From contig CM052816.1 in assembly GCA_028534125.1 (NCBI GenBank), positions 69,814,001 through 69,878,000 of the forward strand: a DNA stretch of 64,000 nucleotides, written 5' to 3'. This stretch comes from Lama glama. Its lineage: Eukaryota. Of the stretch, positions 23,839 to 37,630 are shown piece after piece. The notes beneath the pieces are model-generated. The model did not search any database and was not told where the DNA came from. It saw only the letters and a program-made list of their open reading frames with translations. Every line of letters begins with the position of its first letter. The first letter of the stretch is position 1. Made by a program: the position numbers and the translations under genes.

Positions 23839-26739
23839 TTGGACTGGTCCAGGGATGACAGCAAGGCCACACTCACAGTGCTGTGGTAAATCCAGTCAAT
23901 GGCTTTTTGAACCTTCATTTCTGGTGTTCTCTTTATGTCTGGTTGTAATATTCTCCAGATTTGTCTTTCACAGGCTTTATTCTGAGTTGAACTAGTCCTG
24001 TGTGGGTTTTTTTGGCTAAAATTCCTCAGAACAGATTATCACTCAGCTTTTCTTTCCTCCAACTGCCTGCAAGCCTCCTTCCACGCTCATATTTCTCAGT
24101 GGCCAGGATATTAGGCTCCTGACTCAATTGCCAGCAGGAAAAGAAATTCTCTCCCTGTGACTACAGCATGGCAGTTTGTGACAAGGCCATTTGTTACCTG
24201 TTCGCCTTGCTCAGATGTTATTGAGGTGGCTCTCAGCTCTTTCTCCCTTTCCCCCCTCATGTCTCCACACCTTCCTGTTTTTCCTTTTCCTCCCAGTGTT
24301 TCCATGGTGGCTCCTTGCTGGAGCCAGAGGACAAACTGCTGACAGGAACATCCCTTGAATATCTCTGCATCTGGACAGGGCCATTGGCACCCTCCATTGG
24401 CGGCTGAGCAATGCCTGGCTTGCCGTGTTTGTCTCCTGTTTAAGGCCCAAGAATTTGGATTTGCTCCAGCATCTAAATGTTGTCGTTGTTAGGACAGCAC
24501 GCTGCCATAGTACCACGGGGCCAATATTAAACATGTTTATTTGGGTTCCATATATGAGTATTTTGACTTGTTACTCCTGCTTTTGCTTTCTCACACCTCC
24601 CTACTGTGAGCTTGACATAGGGGACATATAGTCCTTTAAAAAGCCAGATAAACTAGGCTATATCAACTCTATTTTAAATTTTTTTTGTATGTCTTTAACA
24701 AGCTTTAACCATCGTCTAAATACATTTTTTTCCTACTATGTTGAGTTAAAGAATCCTTTGGGTTGACCAAGTGATCGTGCTTTGGTGAACAAAGCACATT
24801 AAGGTTACCAATATTGAATAAACAGGGAGAAGAGTTCCACCCCACAGAATCAAAGCCTGTCCTCCTGGTTGTCTAAGAGGTAGCAGTTGATTGAGGTGTG
24901 TTTATGGCATGGAGCCTTATGTAACAGGACAAACTGAATATGAGGCATGACCAGAAACCAATTTTAAAATATACAGTGGTTTTTTAAGAAAAATTCAAAA
25001 TATGGAATAGTATCGTGATTGTCATTCATGTGTTGGCTAACATCAGGTGACCTCAAATGTTTCAGTAATGAAAAGTCTTTGGAGGATGAAATTTGATGTT
25101 CACCCTGGGGCAGATGTTGGATTTGAAATATACCAGGCTTGAGGTCTTCTTTCTTTCGTGCTATTTTACCGAATCACAGGCTCTGGTTGAAAACAGTGCA
25201 GCTCCATAACACAAAAGTATAAATTTTCAGACTGGAAGGTCCTCCAAGCACATCTACTAGTCCCAGTCTAGGCATTTAGCAAAGCAGAGGAGGAATAATC
25301 TAATTGTGTTGATCCATTTCAATTACCGAGGCAGACACAACTATTGGTAATAGATGAGGTTTTTTCCCAATACCTCTTAACCTCCTGAAATATGGAATTC
25401 ATATCTTCAACGTGCACTTCACAATATCAGGATATCTACCCACCCTCCCATCCATTTCAGTATGCACAGTTAATGAGTATTAAGTTTAAAAAATCACCTT
25501 AAAAGAATCAATTTCATGGTGAATGCATCTAGTTAAGCAAGCCATTTAAACAACATTTTACTCGTGTGTAGCAGACCATTTTATAAGTTACTGATAGCTT
25601 TCCAAGCCTGTGTTTCAGACAAGCTAATTGGTTGTCTCTGATGTGTTTGGGGCTTTCCCTCATTAACTCCCCTTCCTGTCTAGTACATACTTGACTAGCT
25701 CTGATACATGTAGGTAGGACTTTTTATTAAACAGCCATACTCTCTTGCCAGTAGAAAGTTTTTCATAGATAGATTTCTTCCTACATACAATATTCGCCTT
25801 CTTGAAATAAAGGTAAATGATGACTGAATATTATCCCAAACATGGAGGATACAGAATCCAGTGTCACACCCTTAAAGTGCTCGGTATCCAAAATGAATGC
25901 TGTTTTGAAAGAGTGGAATAAAGGAAGGAGAGAAGAGAAAAGAGAAAAAGGATTGGTGAGCTGTTGGAAGCTGCCTGCCTCTGTAATTAATGGCTGTGTT
26001 ATAGATGTTATTGAAAAGGCTGATGCCTGCACCTGCATGCAAAGACAAGTGTACGGATGCTTCTCTTTTTGCATATATCAGTGCTTTCCATTCTCTGAGA
26101 TAAGAATTAGTTGCTTTATTTGGACACAGATTAAAGGAATAGCTCAAAGCATGAGTGTCCTGTGGGTCTTGAGATTTCTGGAGTGGTTCTCTTTTCCATG
26201 ATAGGCTGTTTACTTTCCTATTTGCAAAACAGTTCATTGCAGCTGCCTGTAGACATATGTGTGTAATAGAGTTTAAACCAGTTAGACCTACAGTTTTGAA
26301 ACTTTTCATGAAATCCCACCTCATATGTGAAACTTGGCCTGATTAATTGTGAAGAGTGGTCATTTCTATCTGATTGATATTCAGTTTCCCTACTTTACTA
26401 ACATTTTAATACGGGATGAAATATACTAGTGTTGTGTTGCCTTTTTCATTATAATTTCATTGTACTGGATGCACTGTGTCTGGCATTCTACTTGGTATAT
26501 GAAAGAATACCAAATAATTTTTCCATTGTGCCCTCAAGGAACTGAGGAGTCATACACATGAAAAAATTAGAGAAGAATTACCCAAATCTAGTAAAACTAG
26601 AAGATCTAATGAACTGGGTGAAAATGGAGTTCACCATAGACTTGTGGAGACGCTTCATCCCCAGTGAGTCTTGATCTCCTAACCCATTCATTTCCATAAT
26701 AATTTTTGATCATGCCCATTTTAAAGAGAACGTAATGGC

Positions 26740-26925
26740 TCATATAACTGAATTCATAACTGCAAAAAAGTAGAAACAGCTCAAGTGTCCATCAGCTGAT
26801 GAACATGGATAAATGAAATATAGCATATCCGTCCAGTATAACATTATTCAGCCATAAAGGGGAATGAGCTACATGCCACACTTGGTGAACCTTGATAACA
26901 TTATGCTAAGTGAAAGCAAGCAGAC
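26740..26925 (+). mobile_element. Old L1 (L1M-type) ORF2-end/3'UTR fragment
   Basis: gtagaaacagctcaagtgtccatcagctgatgaa...acattatgctaagtgaaag. Confidence 0.75.
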
Positions 26926-27348
26926 AGAATTTAATTTAAAATGTGTAAGTGATCAGAATTAGCATCCTATGTAGAGAAGTATAAGATTTTAGTTAATCTT
27001 GCAAATAGTATTAGAATATTCCAGAACTTGAAAGTCACTGAATATATAAATTTAAGGGAAGAAATTTTTAAGAATTCTTACTGGAAAACAAATAATTCTT
27101 AACCACTTGAGGATGTGTTGATTATTAGACAGTCTGGATGCCTAAAGAGAAAATTGAATTTATTAAATTTATAAATGGAGTTTTGAAATGTTTAGAGTGG
27201 TTAACTAAACTAAGTTTGTAAATAGACCTAAACAGTATTCAGCCCTCTGAACATTTGTGTTAAAATTTACCAGATGTACAGAGTATTAAGATTTTTGAGT
27301 TGAGTATAATAGCTTTAGGAAAAGCTAGATTTCAGTTACTACAAGTTT

Positions 27349-27457
27349 TTCAGGGGTTGGAGTGGTAATTAGGTGTATTTATTTCTTTTCTGAAGAAGGT
27401 ACTGGGACTGTGTGCATGCTAAGCATGCACTCTACCAATTGAGCTATACCCTTCCCC
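27349..27457 (-). mobile_element. tRNA-derived SINE (Vic-1-like) with internal deletion and perfect 12-bp TSD
   Basis: gtgcatgctaagcatgcactctacca...gagctatacccttcccc; TSD tactacaagttt at 27337-27348 and 27458-27469. Confidence 0.9.
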
Positions 27458-27882
27458 TACTACAAGTTTAATAAATTGTGTATTCCCTTTTAAAACTGCA
27501 AGATAACAATACCTAGTATTTCTGCACACTAAACGCCATCCTTAAGTACACCAAAACCCCCGAACTGACTGGTTACCTCGTACCCTGAAGTTCTTGGGGC
27601 CTTTAGGAAGTCTCCCCGTGAAAGAAACCCAGACTAAACGCAGAGAGGAAAAAACTAGGGCTTTGCTGAGAGATGACCCTTCTGCCTGCAAGTCTACAAT
27701 TGAAAGCATCTGAAGTTGTAAGTGGAGCCTGGCCAGGTTGGAAAAGCCAACTTCTCTGTCCTCCTAGAGTGTGAGCCACAGTGGGGAGGAAAGGGTGGGC
27801 AAGCCGGGTCACCCCGGGGCCCCTCCCAAGCTCTCCCTGTGCCCCTGCTGGACAAACCAGGAAGCTGCAGGATGCAGGAGGC

Positions 27883-28050
27883 TAGGGCTTGGCAAATTTT
27901 TTTTTCTGTTAAGAGGCCAAATAGTAACTCTTCTAGGTTTTGCAGGACATACCGTCTCCATGGCAATTACTCAACGTTGCCATTGTGGCGTGAAAGCAGC
28001 CATAAATTAGTGAATAAGCATGACTCTGTCCCAATAAAACTTTATTTTAA
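27883..28050 (+). mobile_element. MER58-like (hAT-Charlie) element
   Basis: agggcttggcaaatttttttttctgt...gtggcgtgaaagcagccata...ccaataaaactttattt. Confidence 0.8.
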
Positions 28051-29939
28051 GGGAATTTATAGTGCCTGGAGGAGGCAACCAACAGTGGCTGCTGTGACTA
28101 AAGTCGCTTCCGCTTTTAAGAGTTTCTTCTGTAACCTTAAGGCTTCAACTTGAGGTGATAGGAGGACATCAGATGGGTTTTAAAATACGATCCTTTCTGC
28201 CTGTGGATGGAGGCCTCTGGGGTTGGAAGCAGGAGTTGGAGCAAAGGTCTGCCTGCAGGCATCACTCCAGGCTGTAGAGGGCCAGGTAGACCAGAAGAAA
28301 AGGGTGCAAATGGGAATGTGGGGTTTCTTTCATTGCTCCCTGAAAACAGGAGGCATCCACAGCTAGATCTATGCCTTTCACAGTGATTGTCTGCTAAGCA
28401 AGCCTTGGGGCTAAGAGAATAAAACACCCTCCCCCACATCCCCCAGGTATCTCAATAGGAGAAAAGAGATACAATTTGTTCTGTAATTTCCAGGTTAGCA
28501 AATTCAGCAAAAATAGGAATGCTTTTCAGATCCTAAATCTCACCACCAAAGCAAATGGGATCATTTTGTTTGGCTCTTCTGGGGCATTCTGAATCCCTCT
28601 GTGGCATGGAAGACTGGGTTTTTCTGTAAGTGTTGTCACAACATACAGCATTCTGTACACGTCATAGGTTACTGCCTGGGCAGGAAGACGTCTAATAAGG
28701 GTGAGGCGCCATCACAGGTCATCACCTGCAGTCATTTGGTCTTTAATTATTCCAAGGTCAGACAGGCTGCACTTTGCTTAAGAAACAAGCCATCTTATCA
28801 GAACAGCACTTTTATATCACACCTCATGTTTGTGAAAGCAATTGTCCATTATAAATATGCACCCCCAGAGTAATATTGTGGTACTGGTTAACATCACGTT
28901 ATCATTTTCTGGTCCCTATTAGTGCTCAGTGAAAAGAAATAATATCTATTCTGCACTGTAGTATCTTTGGGACTGTGGCAAATTGGTTTTACGTGTATTA
29001 TTTATTTCTGCCTTAATGACATATTTAGTCCCTTTCTAAGGATTTCAAAATCCTGCAAGCAGTACAATGAAAAGGGGAACAGCTGGTGCCGCTCTCTGTA
29101 GACTAACCTTTCTTTGAACAAGCTGCCAAGAATGCACTCTGAAGAATCTTAATGATGCCCGGCCACTTTATCTCCAGACCCAGTCCTGGAGCCACGGTGT
29201 GGGCAAAGTTCTCTCTGACTTTGTTGAAGGTTACCAAGTTAAGCCTGTGCCATGAGCTTCTGCGATGAAGACAGCAGAGCTGGAGGGCCCCTTCACAAAC
29301 ACATACAAGATGCATGTACTTAGTGGTGTGGTAGTAAGCGTTTAACAGCCAATCCTCTAGAAAGAAAAAGTCCTGGTTTGTTGCACTTGCAGATTTCCGT
29401 GGTGTAGATACAAAATACCATGGCCGATTTCATGACTTGGTCGATTTGACATCCTTGTATCTGGAGTTGGAAAGAGAACGCAGACAACCAGTATTTCAAT
29501 ACAAATGTTTTCCCCTCGTGTGGCATGTGAATACAATGGGTGCATCTGCTCTGCTGATTAAAGGGAGGAGCTGGGGTGTAGCTGAGGAAAGTCCTGCTCC
29601 CTGTTTAACAGCATGAACAATATCCTACAAAATTTCACAGTCCATTCAGGCTCTCTTCGCATCCTTTTAATTGGAGTCCTGGGATAAATGTATCATCCAG
29701 ACCATCCTTTTATCAAAGAATTAAGAACCAATATGAATCTGTCTCCAAAGACACAATTCACATAATTCTTTGAAAAGTACAAACTATGCAATGGACGCAT
29801 CGTTATGGCAAGAAACTCGTAACAAATCCACTGGGTTCAAGATAGTTAACTAGGTCATGTTCTCTTGCACCGTCCTCCAGCTTTGAAACCTACAACTGCA
29901 GTTTTTCCTGGCTTTCTGAATTTTGTTGACGATTCTCAC

Positions 29940-30031
29940 CCTGGAGTGTCGACTGTCTGTCTTATCTGTTGATCTGTCACTGTGATTTTGAAGGAGTTGA
30001 ACAACCTAGACTCCATGAGATCTGATTCCTT
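29940..30031 (-). other. Candidate 92-nt antisense exon
   Basis: Minus-strand acceptor ccttctttctttgtctcttcag|A and donor AGG|GTGAGA. Confidence 0.2.
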
Positions 30032-30739
30032 CTGAAGAGACAAAGAAAGAAGGTGCCTTTATTCCTAAAGCTTCTTTAACAATCTTCTGAGACCCTTCTT
30101 ATTCAAACTGACTTACATGATTTTAGAGTTATTCTAAATAATCATATTCCTCTTTATTGGAATCCAACTTTCAGTTGAAATGTGTAGTCAAAGTGGTATA
30201 AGTGACAAAGCCTTTAGTAAACTATACAGTATTAAACAGCCTTCTATGGCTACTAAAAAGCCAGGCGTGGGGCAGGTGTGGGACTTGTAATCTTCTAATA
30301 CAAATGATGAGGACCGTCCCCTTGTCAGGCTGTTGCTTCTGTTTTGTTTTTGTTTTACAGTATTCTGTCTAATCCGTGGAACCCCATACATTGGCAAGTG
30401 GAGGGCTGGCACAGGTGGCTCATTAAAGCACAGTCACCAGGCTTGTTCAAGTGGTGGTTGAAAGAAGGAAGCTGTGGGAAGCCAACTTTCAGGATGCAGA
30501 TTTCCAAAGCTCCTTAGACTGATTCCCCACCCCACGGCAACCGCCCCCAAGTTTAAGAGCTGTCCATTATAATCTGCTAGTTTGTTGCAGAGGGAATATA
30601 TGTGTTGTATGGAGTAGGGATCTGGGGAAGTACCGGTGGAGAAAATTTCCAGCTTCTATCTCTAGTGGTGAATGTATGGAAAAAATAAGCGAAGAGCCTC
30701 AGACAGGAGCAAGAGATACCTGCTTCAGCAGGGGCATGA

Positions 30740-30880
30740 ACACCCCAGGTGGTGTTCTGGAAGTGGGAGGGGGCAGGGTGTTTTCAGTTATAACAAAGAC
30801 TGGTTGGTGCTGATGGCATTGCGTTTGCTAGAACCAGGGGTGGCCCCATGCATCCTAAACAATTGTCACACACCCTCTCT
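30740..30880 (+). mobile_element. Degraded MER20-like fragment
   Basis: ggtgctgatggcatt...ccaggggtggc...catcctaaacaat resembles the MER20 core. Confidence 0.45.
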
Positions 30881-31572
30881 TTAATATCTTGCTACACATT
30901 TGTGCGGGCCAAAGACTCCTGTTAAAGACCTGAGCTTATAAAGCAAGTCTATGTAACATAAAATACTGAGTAACCCCTTGCTCCCCAAAAGTGTTTAAAA
31001 GAAAATGAGGCCAACTCTGGCCACACGCTACTTACACGGCTTAATAACAAAAACAAAAAATAAGCAGCTCAGCATTTTAAATAAAATAAGATCGGCAGGT
31101 TTTTAAAAAAGAAAAACCTATCATCACAGTTCAGAGACTATTTACGTGACTTCTAGAAATTTAGTCACAACAGGTTTGTAGGAACTGAAAATAAAATTTT
31201 TGAATGTGAAGTGAGGGCAAGATAGGGGAAACAGTGGGTATCATTGCAGCCCCACTAGAAGCCCTGTAAGTGGGAGAGAGTTATTTCACTATTTCTCTAC
31301 TCAAGGAAACATAAAGGACATCTCCTACCCAAGGAGTGGGTCTCCTGTGCTGTGTAATGTCTCACAGGTTTAACAGCTGCTACAAACATTAGCAGCAATG
31401 AAATGGTGCTGATTTGCCTCTGTTCTGTTAGGACTTTACAGTAAATGTGACTTGTGAATAACGGAACACAGTCATGCAAATCACCCCGAGGTTGCGTGAA
31501 TGGAGAAAGGGCTCTGATAACATAGCTCAAATAGGTTGGCAACTTACAGTGGCTTTGTTTTCCTATCTCTAG

Positions 31573-34500
31573 GGTGGTCACATGGCCACCAATAGATGTC
31601 CACTGTCTGTGGCCATTCTGAAAATAGCTCAATGACCTACAGGTTGCCAGGCAGCTGTATTCTGATGTCATTCCCCCAAGTGCCATCCCCAGAAGCCAAT
31701 GTGAAACAACCATCGCTCCTGATTCCAGCCGTTTCCAGTTAGCCATGATATTTAAGCAGCTGATGATGAAGTATTCAAAAGACTTGGGTTCATTTTCCCT
31801 GGAGTTGTTTTTAAAGTTTTTATCTTGATAATCAAATAACCTTTAAAAAATTATGTCCATCATTAAAAAATAGACCCTTATATCATAGGCAGTTTTTTTA
31901 ACCTTAAAAATAATATCAGATGTAAGCCTATGATTTATGTTGGTCAAACTTAAACCTTTCTCTAAAATTATATATCAGCCTATAGAAGAACAGAAAAGGC
32001 CATCGCAGATAAGTCAAATGTGACTGTGAGTCATTTTTATGGTAGTAATTGAGGGGGTAAAATGTGAATTTCAGGTTAATATAAGAAAACAAAATAAAAA
32101 TATTATCCTAAAGAAAAAAGTTGAAGGCAGAGCACTAAGTCTTCATCTTCCTCTCTTACATGGTACTCTTTGTTTTTGAAACATGAAACTCTGGATAATG
32201 AAAAGCTATGTTCCTATGGCAAACACAGTCACTTACTGTACTTGAATAGCACTGGAATGCCACGCTTATTTTAAAGCTGATATTATGAGTGTAGAGTGGT
32301 ATGGAATCACTTGAATACCAGTAGGGTGAATATGGCAGAGTTAGATACCCACTTAGGTTACGGATCTGAAAATCTCGGGTTACCCAGCCATTATTTGTCA
32401 GCTTAACACCAGTAGGCTCCTTCATCTGGCGACCACCCTGTAATCAAAGCTTCCATTTCCTCCTCGTGTTTAATATTCAGCAGGAACAACTTCTGAAACA
32501 TAACTACCTTCAGACATCTTTATTATCTCCCAAGTGTGCCTACGTGATAGACTGTATTTTCAGTTGCCTAGAAACCAACCTGATGCATAGCTAAAATCCT
32601 TACTGTGTTTTCATCTCTGGTCCATATTGTGAAGTAGCACCAGTTATGATATTTTGTGATTATGTAAATCTAACATTCTTTTTAAGTGAGCTGTTAATAT
32701 GCTGCTAGGATGAATTCTGTGGACTTGTAAGTGAACCATTTGAAAGAATATATACTTATTGTGTTAGTAATATATACTTATGTTAGTCTTTATTTTAATA
32801 TTTTAATATTATTAGATTTCTTGCCACTAGTCCTCTTCTAGTCATTAGCAATACTTAAAATGCTATCCTTTTAGATTTGAGATTGTAAAATGTGACAGGG
32901 GTACGTCCTTCATATACCAGATTTGGATGTGACATGCTGTCCACTCTTGAAGGGAGGCATAATTGGTCAAATAGCAGATTGCATTGTAGGCACGGGGTTC
33001 TGCATTTTTGCACTCAGTGGCACAATCTGAAGCCTTTCTTTGTGGCAGAATCGAGGAGACTAACATCTCTGACTTTAAACATTTTAGAGTAGCCAACTCT
33101 TCCTTCTCCCTGTAGACTTAAACATGTTTCCCACCTGTTGCCCCTGCCAACTCTTCTCTCCTCCTGCTGGCCCACAGCTCCCTCGGTCCACTGACTGGTA
33201 GTTCCTTCCTCAGTAGGGCAGGGTTGATCCCTGGTGCTGGTCATTGCACAAACAATTTCAGATTCTCTTGGAAGTTAAGTCACTTTCAGTGCCCTAAAAA
33301 AAAAAGGCTTAAGAGAATGGAGTTTACATTTTCCATAAGGGAGAATCCTCTTCACAACATGATTTGTAAAATGCCCTGGCCAAAAATTGGTCTGAAGTTG
33401 TATACCCATTTTCTGACCTACCTGTGAGCTTTTTATTGCTCTTCAAAATCTGAATTAATGAGAGTCCTTTCATTCTCAAGGGCTTCTTATTTATTATTTG
33501 TTTATTTATTGTAGTTGTAGTAGTAGTATTTATTATGAATTTGCAGACATCTCTAGGAGGACTTTTGGGACACACTCAAACCATGAAATGTTAGCATATT
33601 TGTGGTTCCTAAATTACTGTGAAAACTTAGTTTATTTATATTTTCTTGCTCACATAAAAAATGTACACATATATTAATACTACTTTGGTGTATCTCTGCT
33701 GTCAACAACAGTCTGGTGCTTGTGATGATAAAGGCAAAATGAAACCACATTTGGAAGTGATGTAAGATTGGGACACCTTTTTTTTTTCTGGGTCAGGTAT
33801 TGACCAAGGTAAGACCCTGGAATTTTCCATGGCACATGGGATTTAATGCAACTTGTTGACCACTAATGTCTTCGAACAGTGCATCTTCTGATGCTATTCA
33901 CTGTATTTGATGTTATGTAAACCCTGCTGGGCTATAAATACAATGTCCTATTCTGTGTGTGTGTGTGTGTGTATGTGTGTGTGTGTGTAGCTTCATGAAC
34001 TTTGTGTTTTATCTTACTTTTTGAGAGGAACTCATCGATACTTCTGGAAGTCATAATAATTTGATATTTATTCACTGTCAGGAGTTGGTAACCTGGGATG
34101 CTGTTAGTATCCTAGCACAGTACTTGCTAAGAATGACTTATGAATGGTTATTAATCAGACAGATTTTTAAGATTGCAAATGCTCCATTCCACATACCAGT
34201 TATAAGATCTTGATTTTTCCCTCCCTAAAAATTCAAGACTGGAAGAAAAAAAAGATAGGAGACTTCATGTGTAAGTTTATATATACATATACATACACCA
34301 GATTTCTGTCCTCTTTCCTAAAAAAAAAAACAACTTTCCCAGGTCTCAGAAATGGATGCCAGAAATTTAAGGGAGAGAAGAAAGGGTTATTTAAATTATG
34401 TTTTTTGTTGTTTGTTTGATGGTCAAAATAATTGAGGCTTGTCTAATTGATAGTGTACATACTACAGGTTGTCACCCATTTAATAAGTTAGCAAGCTGAT

Positions 34501-37500
34501 GTAGTGAAAGCTACTCTGCTAGTTATTTTGATTGAATTGCAGCTTTTTGGTGTCTGTTTCGCCTTGTGCCATAGTACATATAATTCTTTCTTAGACTTCT
34601 TCAGACCTCCCATGCCGTTAAATGAATGGATGGAATGGTGGCTTGCAAGCGGGTCATTCACCCCTAAAGAAAACACTCCCGGGTCACAACATATAACCCA
34701 CGTTATAACCACAGCTGTGGATGGGATTCTAGAAAGTCCTAGGCATCACAGTTCAAATAACTTCCTAAAATCCCCCATCTCATGACTCACAAAATTTCCT
34801 TATGAGAAAGGTTCAGATATAATTAATAACATATTTATCTTCCCCCTCCTCCATGAAGGTCAAAAAATATTTTGAACTTGAACCACTTGCACGTGGGAAA
34901 CGCTGGATTCTGCAGCCCTGCTCGCTGGATGACACGGATGCACTGAAAGACAGCTTCTCTCAGCTGATAAATTTGTTAGAAGAAAAAGACCATGAAGCTG
35001 TAAGAATGTGAAATCTGGCGAAGAAGACGGGTTCCCCAAAGGCCTTGAACCTATCATGTTAGTTTCTCATTTTAATTTTATTTTGGTATCAAGACTGTAA
35101 TGGCTTCAGTATCTATTTTCTTCCAGTTATCTCAGACTCGCATCTCTCTGTTAAAGTGAACATTCTGTATATCAGGTGAATTATCATCGGCATTAACGCC
35201 AAGTACACACTACTGAGAGAGAATTTATTCTCTGTTTACCACTAATCATCTTCACCGCATGTCTCTTCCTTCTGTTGTTCTAAGCGTCTCTTCTCCACTC
35301 TGTGCTAAAATGGATGGAATTTGCAGCTCACGGAAATCAGATCCCTCACGGAGGACTCAGGGAGACTCAGAACCTAGACTCATTTACCCTGGCTTTAGGG
35401 TGGAGTGTTGTTGACTGGGGCTTCCCATAATATGTGTATCATTTTCAAGATCCCTTGGGAAGTTTATTTGATTTGATTTGGTCTTATTTTAATTTTTAGT
35501 TTTTCATATACTGGCCTTACAGATTATGGGAGAAAAAATGAGCACCAAAAACTTCAATTAATTACCTTATCAGAATGGAATATCCTGCCATAGTCAAATT
35601 GACTTTGAAGAACTTAAAGACAAGATGCCTAATGGGTTGGTTGTTTTGTTTTGTTTTTTTTAATTACATCTGAAGTCTCCCTCACTCCCCTCTCTTGAGG
35701 ACAAAGACATTGTTTTCGTTTTTGAGAAGAGTTAGAGGAAATGCAGGTACAGTGTATGTATGCATCATTGATTACTATTTCATCAAGTCCTCAAATAATT
35801 TTAATGGAAGAATTACCCAACATAAAGTCAAGCTGCAACATGGTATGTTTCTAAAGATCTTTTTCTAAAAATTGTATATCTGATTGAAATAGAGAAAATA
35901 ATTTTTAAAATAATAAATTTTTTTAAAAATAGCCAAATGAAGTATAGTTTAGGCTGGCTAGGGTTTAAGCTGGCACGTATTTGACGGAGATAACGAAGGC
36001 AGAATCATCTGTATATTCATTCGGTAAATGCTAATGTTGCTTAATGGAGTCTCTTAATGTCTCCATCTAGTAATTAAAGCTCTATCAGTATTTCTATTAT
36101 AAACCTCTATTTTCAGGGGTTTCAATGTGCCCTTAAAAATGTGCTGGGGCTGCAGCAGATAAATAATTTTAGGGCCTAGATTCAGTCTTTGAAACTAATT
36201 TTTTTGTTCATTTAACTTAAATAATAAAATTATGCAGAGATAAATGTACAGTTTTAGTAAGTTTTGGCGCCTTTAACCTTTTCTAAATCAGAAATTATCT
36301 ATGGATATTGAGGTTAATGGATGAAATACTCTTTGGCACATTTTATAGATTTTTGGCCACTTAAAATACTGAGTGGCCAAGTGATAGAAAACTGCTCCCT
36401 TCACCTGAGCAATAAAAACATGTTTGTAATTTTTAGGTAGTGTAGACTGATTCCCAAATACCGCAGACTCACACTGTATTACAGGGTGATGTAATACATT
36501 ATAATTCTCCAGAAGATACATGTCATTCAAATATGGCCTTTGTGGTCTGATCTTGTAGGTGGATTTTAATGAAATTATTACCTTTGAAACATCCAACACT
36601 TCTTTTAAGCTTTTTTTTTTAATAGGATGGATCAAAAAAGATTCATATGCAATTTTTGTCTACAGCATCCTTGAATATTTTTAACACTGTGTAATCCGTG
36701 AGCAGTACAAAACTTTTATTCCAATGACCATTGACACAATCCCTGCTTTTTATTTTGTCCCATTGTGCTCATCTTCTACAAAAAATAAATGGTCATTAGG
36801 CATTGCTTTCTCTGCAAGTTCATTAAATGTAGAATGTTGTCTTTTTAAGATACCGTGGCTGAGTGCTCCTAAGCCATCTGTTAAATGACTTCCCGTTGTC
36901 TGTGTGTGTGTTCATGTGTGCACCAGTGATGGGCTTCTTCTCAGACCCATGACTGTCTGCAGTGTCTCAGCCGTCAGAATGAAAACATTATCAATCAGTA
37001 CCCAACAACAGCTGTTTTTGACAAGTTTCTGTCTGACGCCTAATGCTTTACAACTGTCAATAAGGCTCCTTCTTTGTCTAGCGGTTCAGAGCTCGCCGTC
37101 TTGCTGCTTCCCTGCTGCATCCTGTCCTTGTAACCCTAGAATTTACCATGTTTTCGAAATCCACGTGGGGGGAGGGGAGGGGGCTTGGACCGGCGTTGGG
37201 GGGTGGGGGGTGGTTGTGCGTGTGCGTCGTATTCCTCCTTCTATGTACAGTGCCACAGGTGTCTTAGTTTGCATATTCAGATATTGTATAGGAAAAACAG
37301 TCTGTTATGGATTTCTTCACTTAGCTTCTTGTTATATTTATGGAAGTTACCAGTTTTTGTACCTTCTTAGCTAAAGCAGTTGCCTTTTTGTAATGGCAAT
37401 TAATTTATATGACAGAACTTTGTATCTACTGTAGTTTACGATGTCAGTTGCTAACTAACTGCCATATTACCCTGTCGTTCTATTAAAAAATGCTGTGTCT

Positions 37501-37630
37501 ATATACTTTGAGGTTAACAGATTCATGTGGACAATTGCCAGGCAAGAAGAGCTCGTATTGTCCGTGATTTAGATTTGATTTCCACTGTCTTCAAATGGAA
37601 ATAAACGCTGAGTAGAACTGATGTTTTCAG
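31573..37630 (+). other. Candidate ~6 kb terminal exon (mostly or entirely 3'UTR) of an unidentified gene
   Basis: Acceptor ctttgttttcctatctctag|G; early stops in all frames (GGHMATNRCPLSVAILKIAQ*, xWSHGHQ*, xVVTWPPIDVHCLWPF*); no interspersed repeats I can recognise for ~6.5 kb; AU-rich; TGTA cluster and poly(A) hexamers at the distal end. Confidence 0.55.
33954..33988 (+). repeat. (TG)n microsatellite
   Basis: Read directly. Confidence 0.95.
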
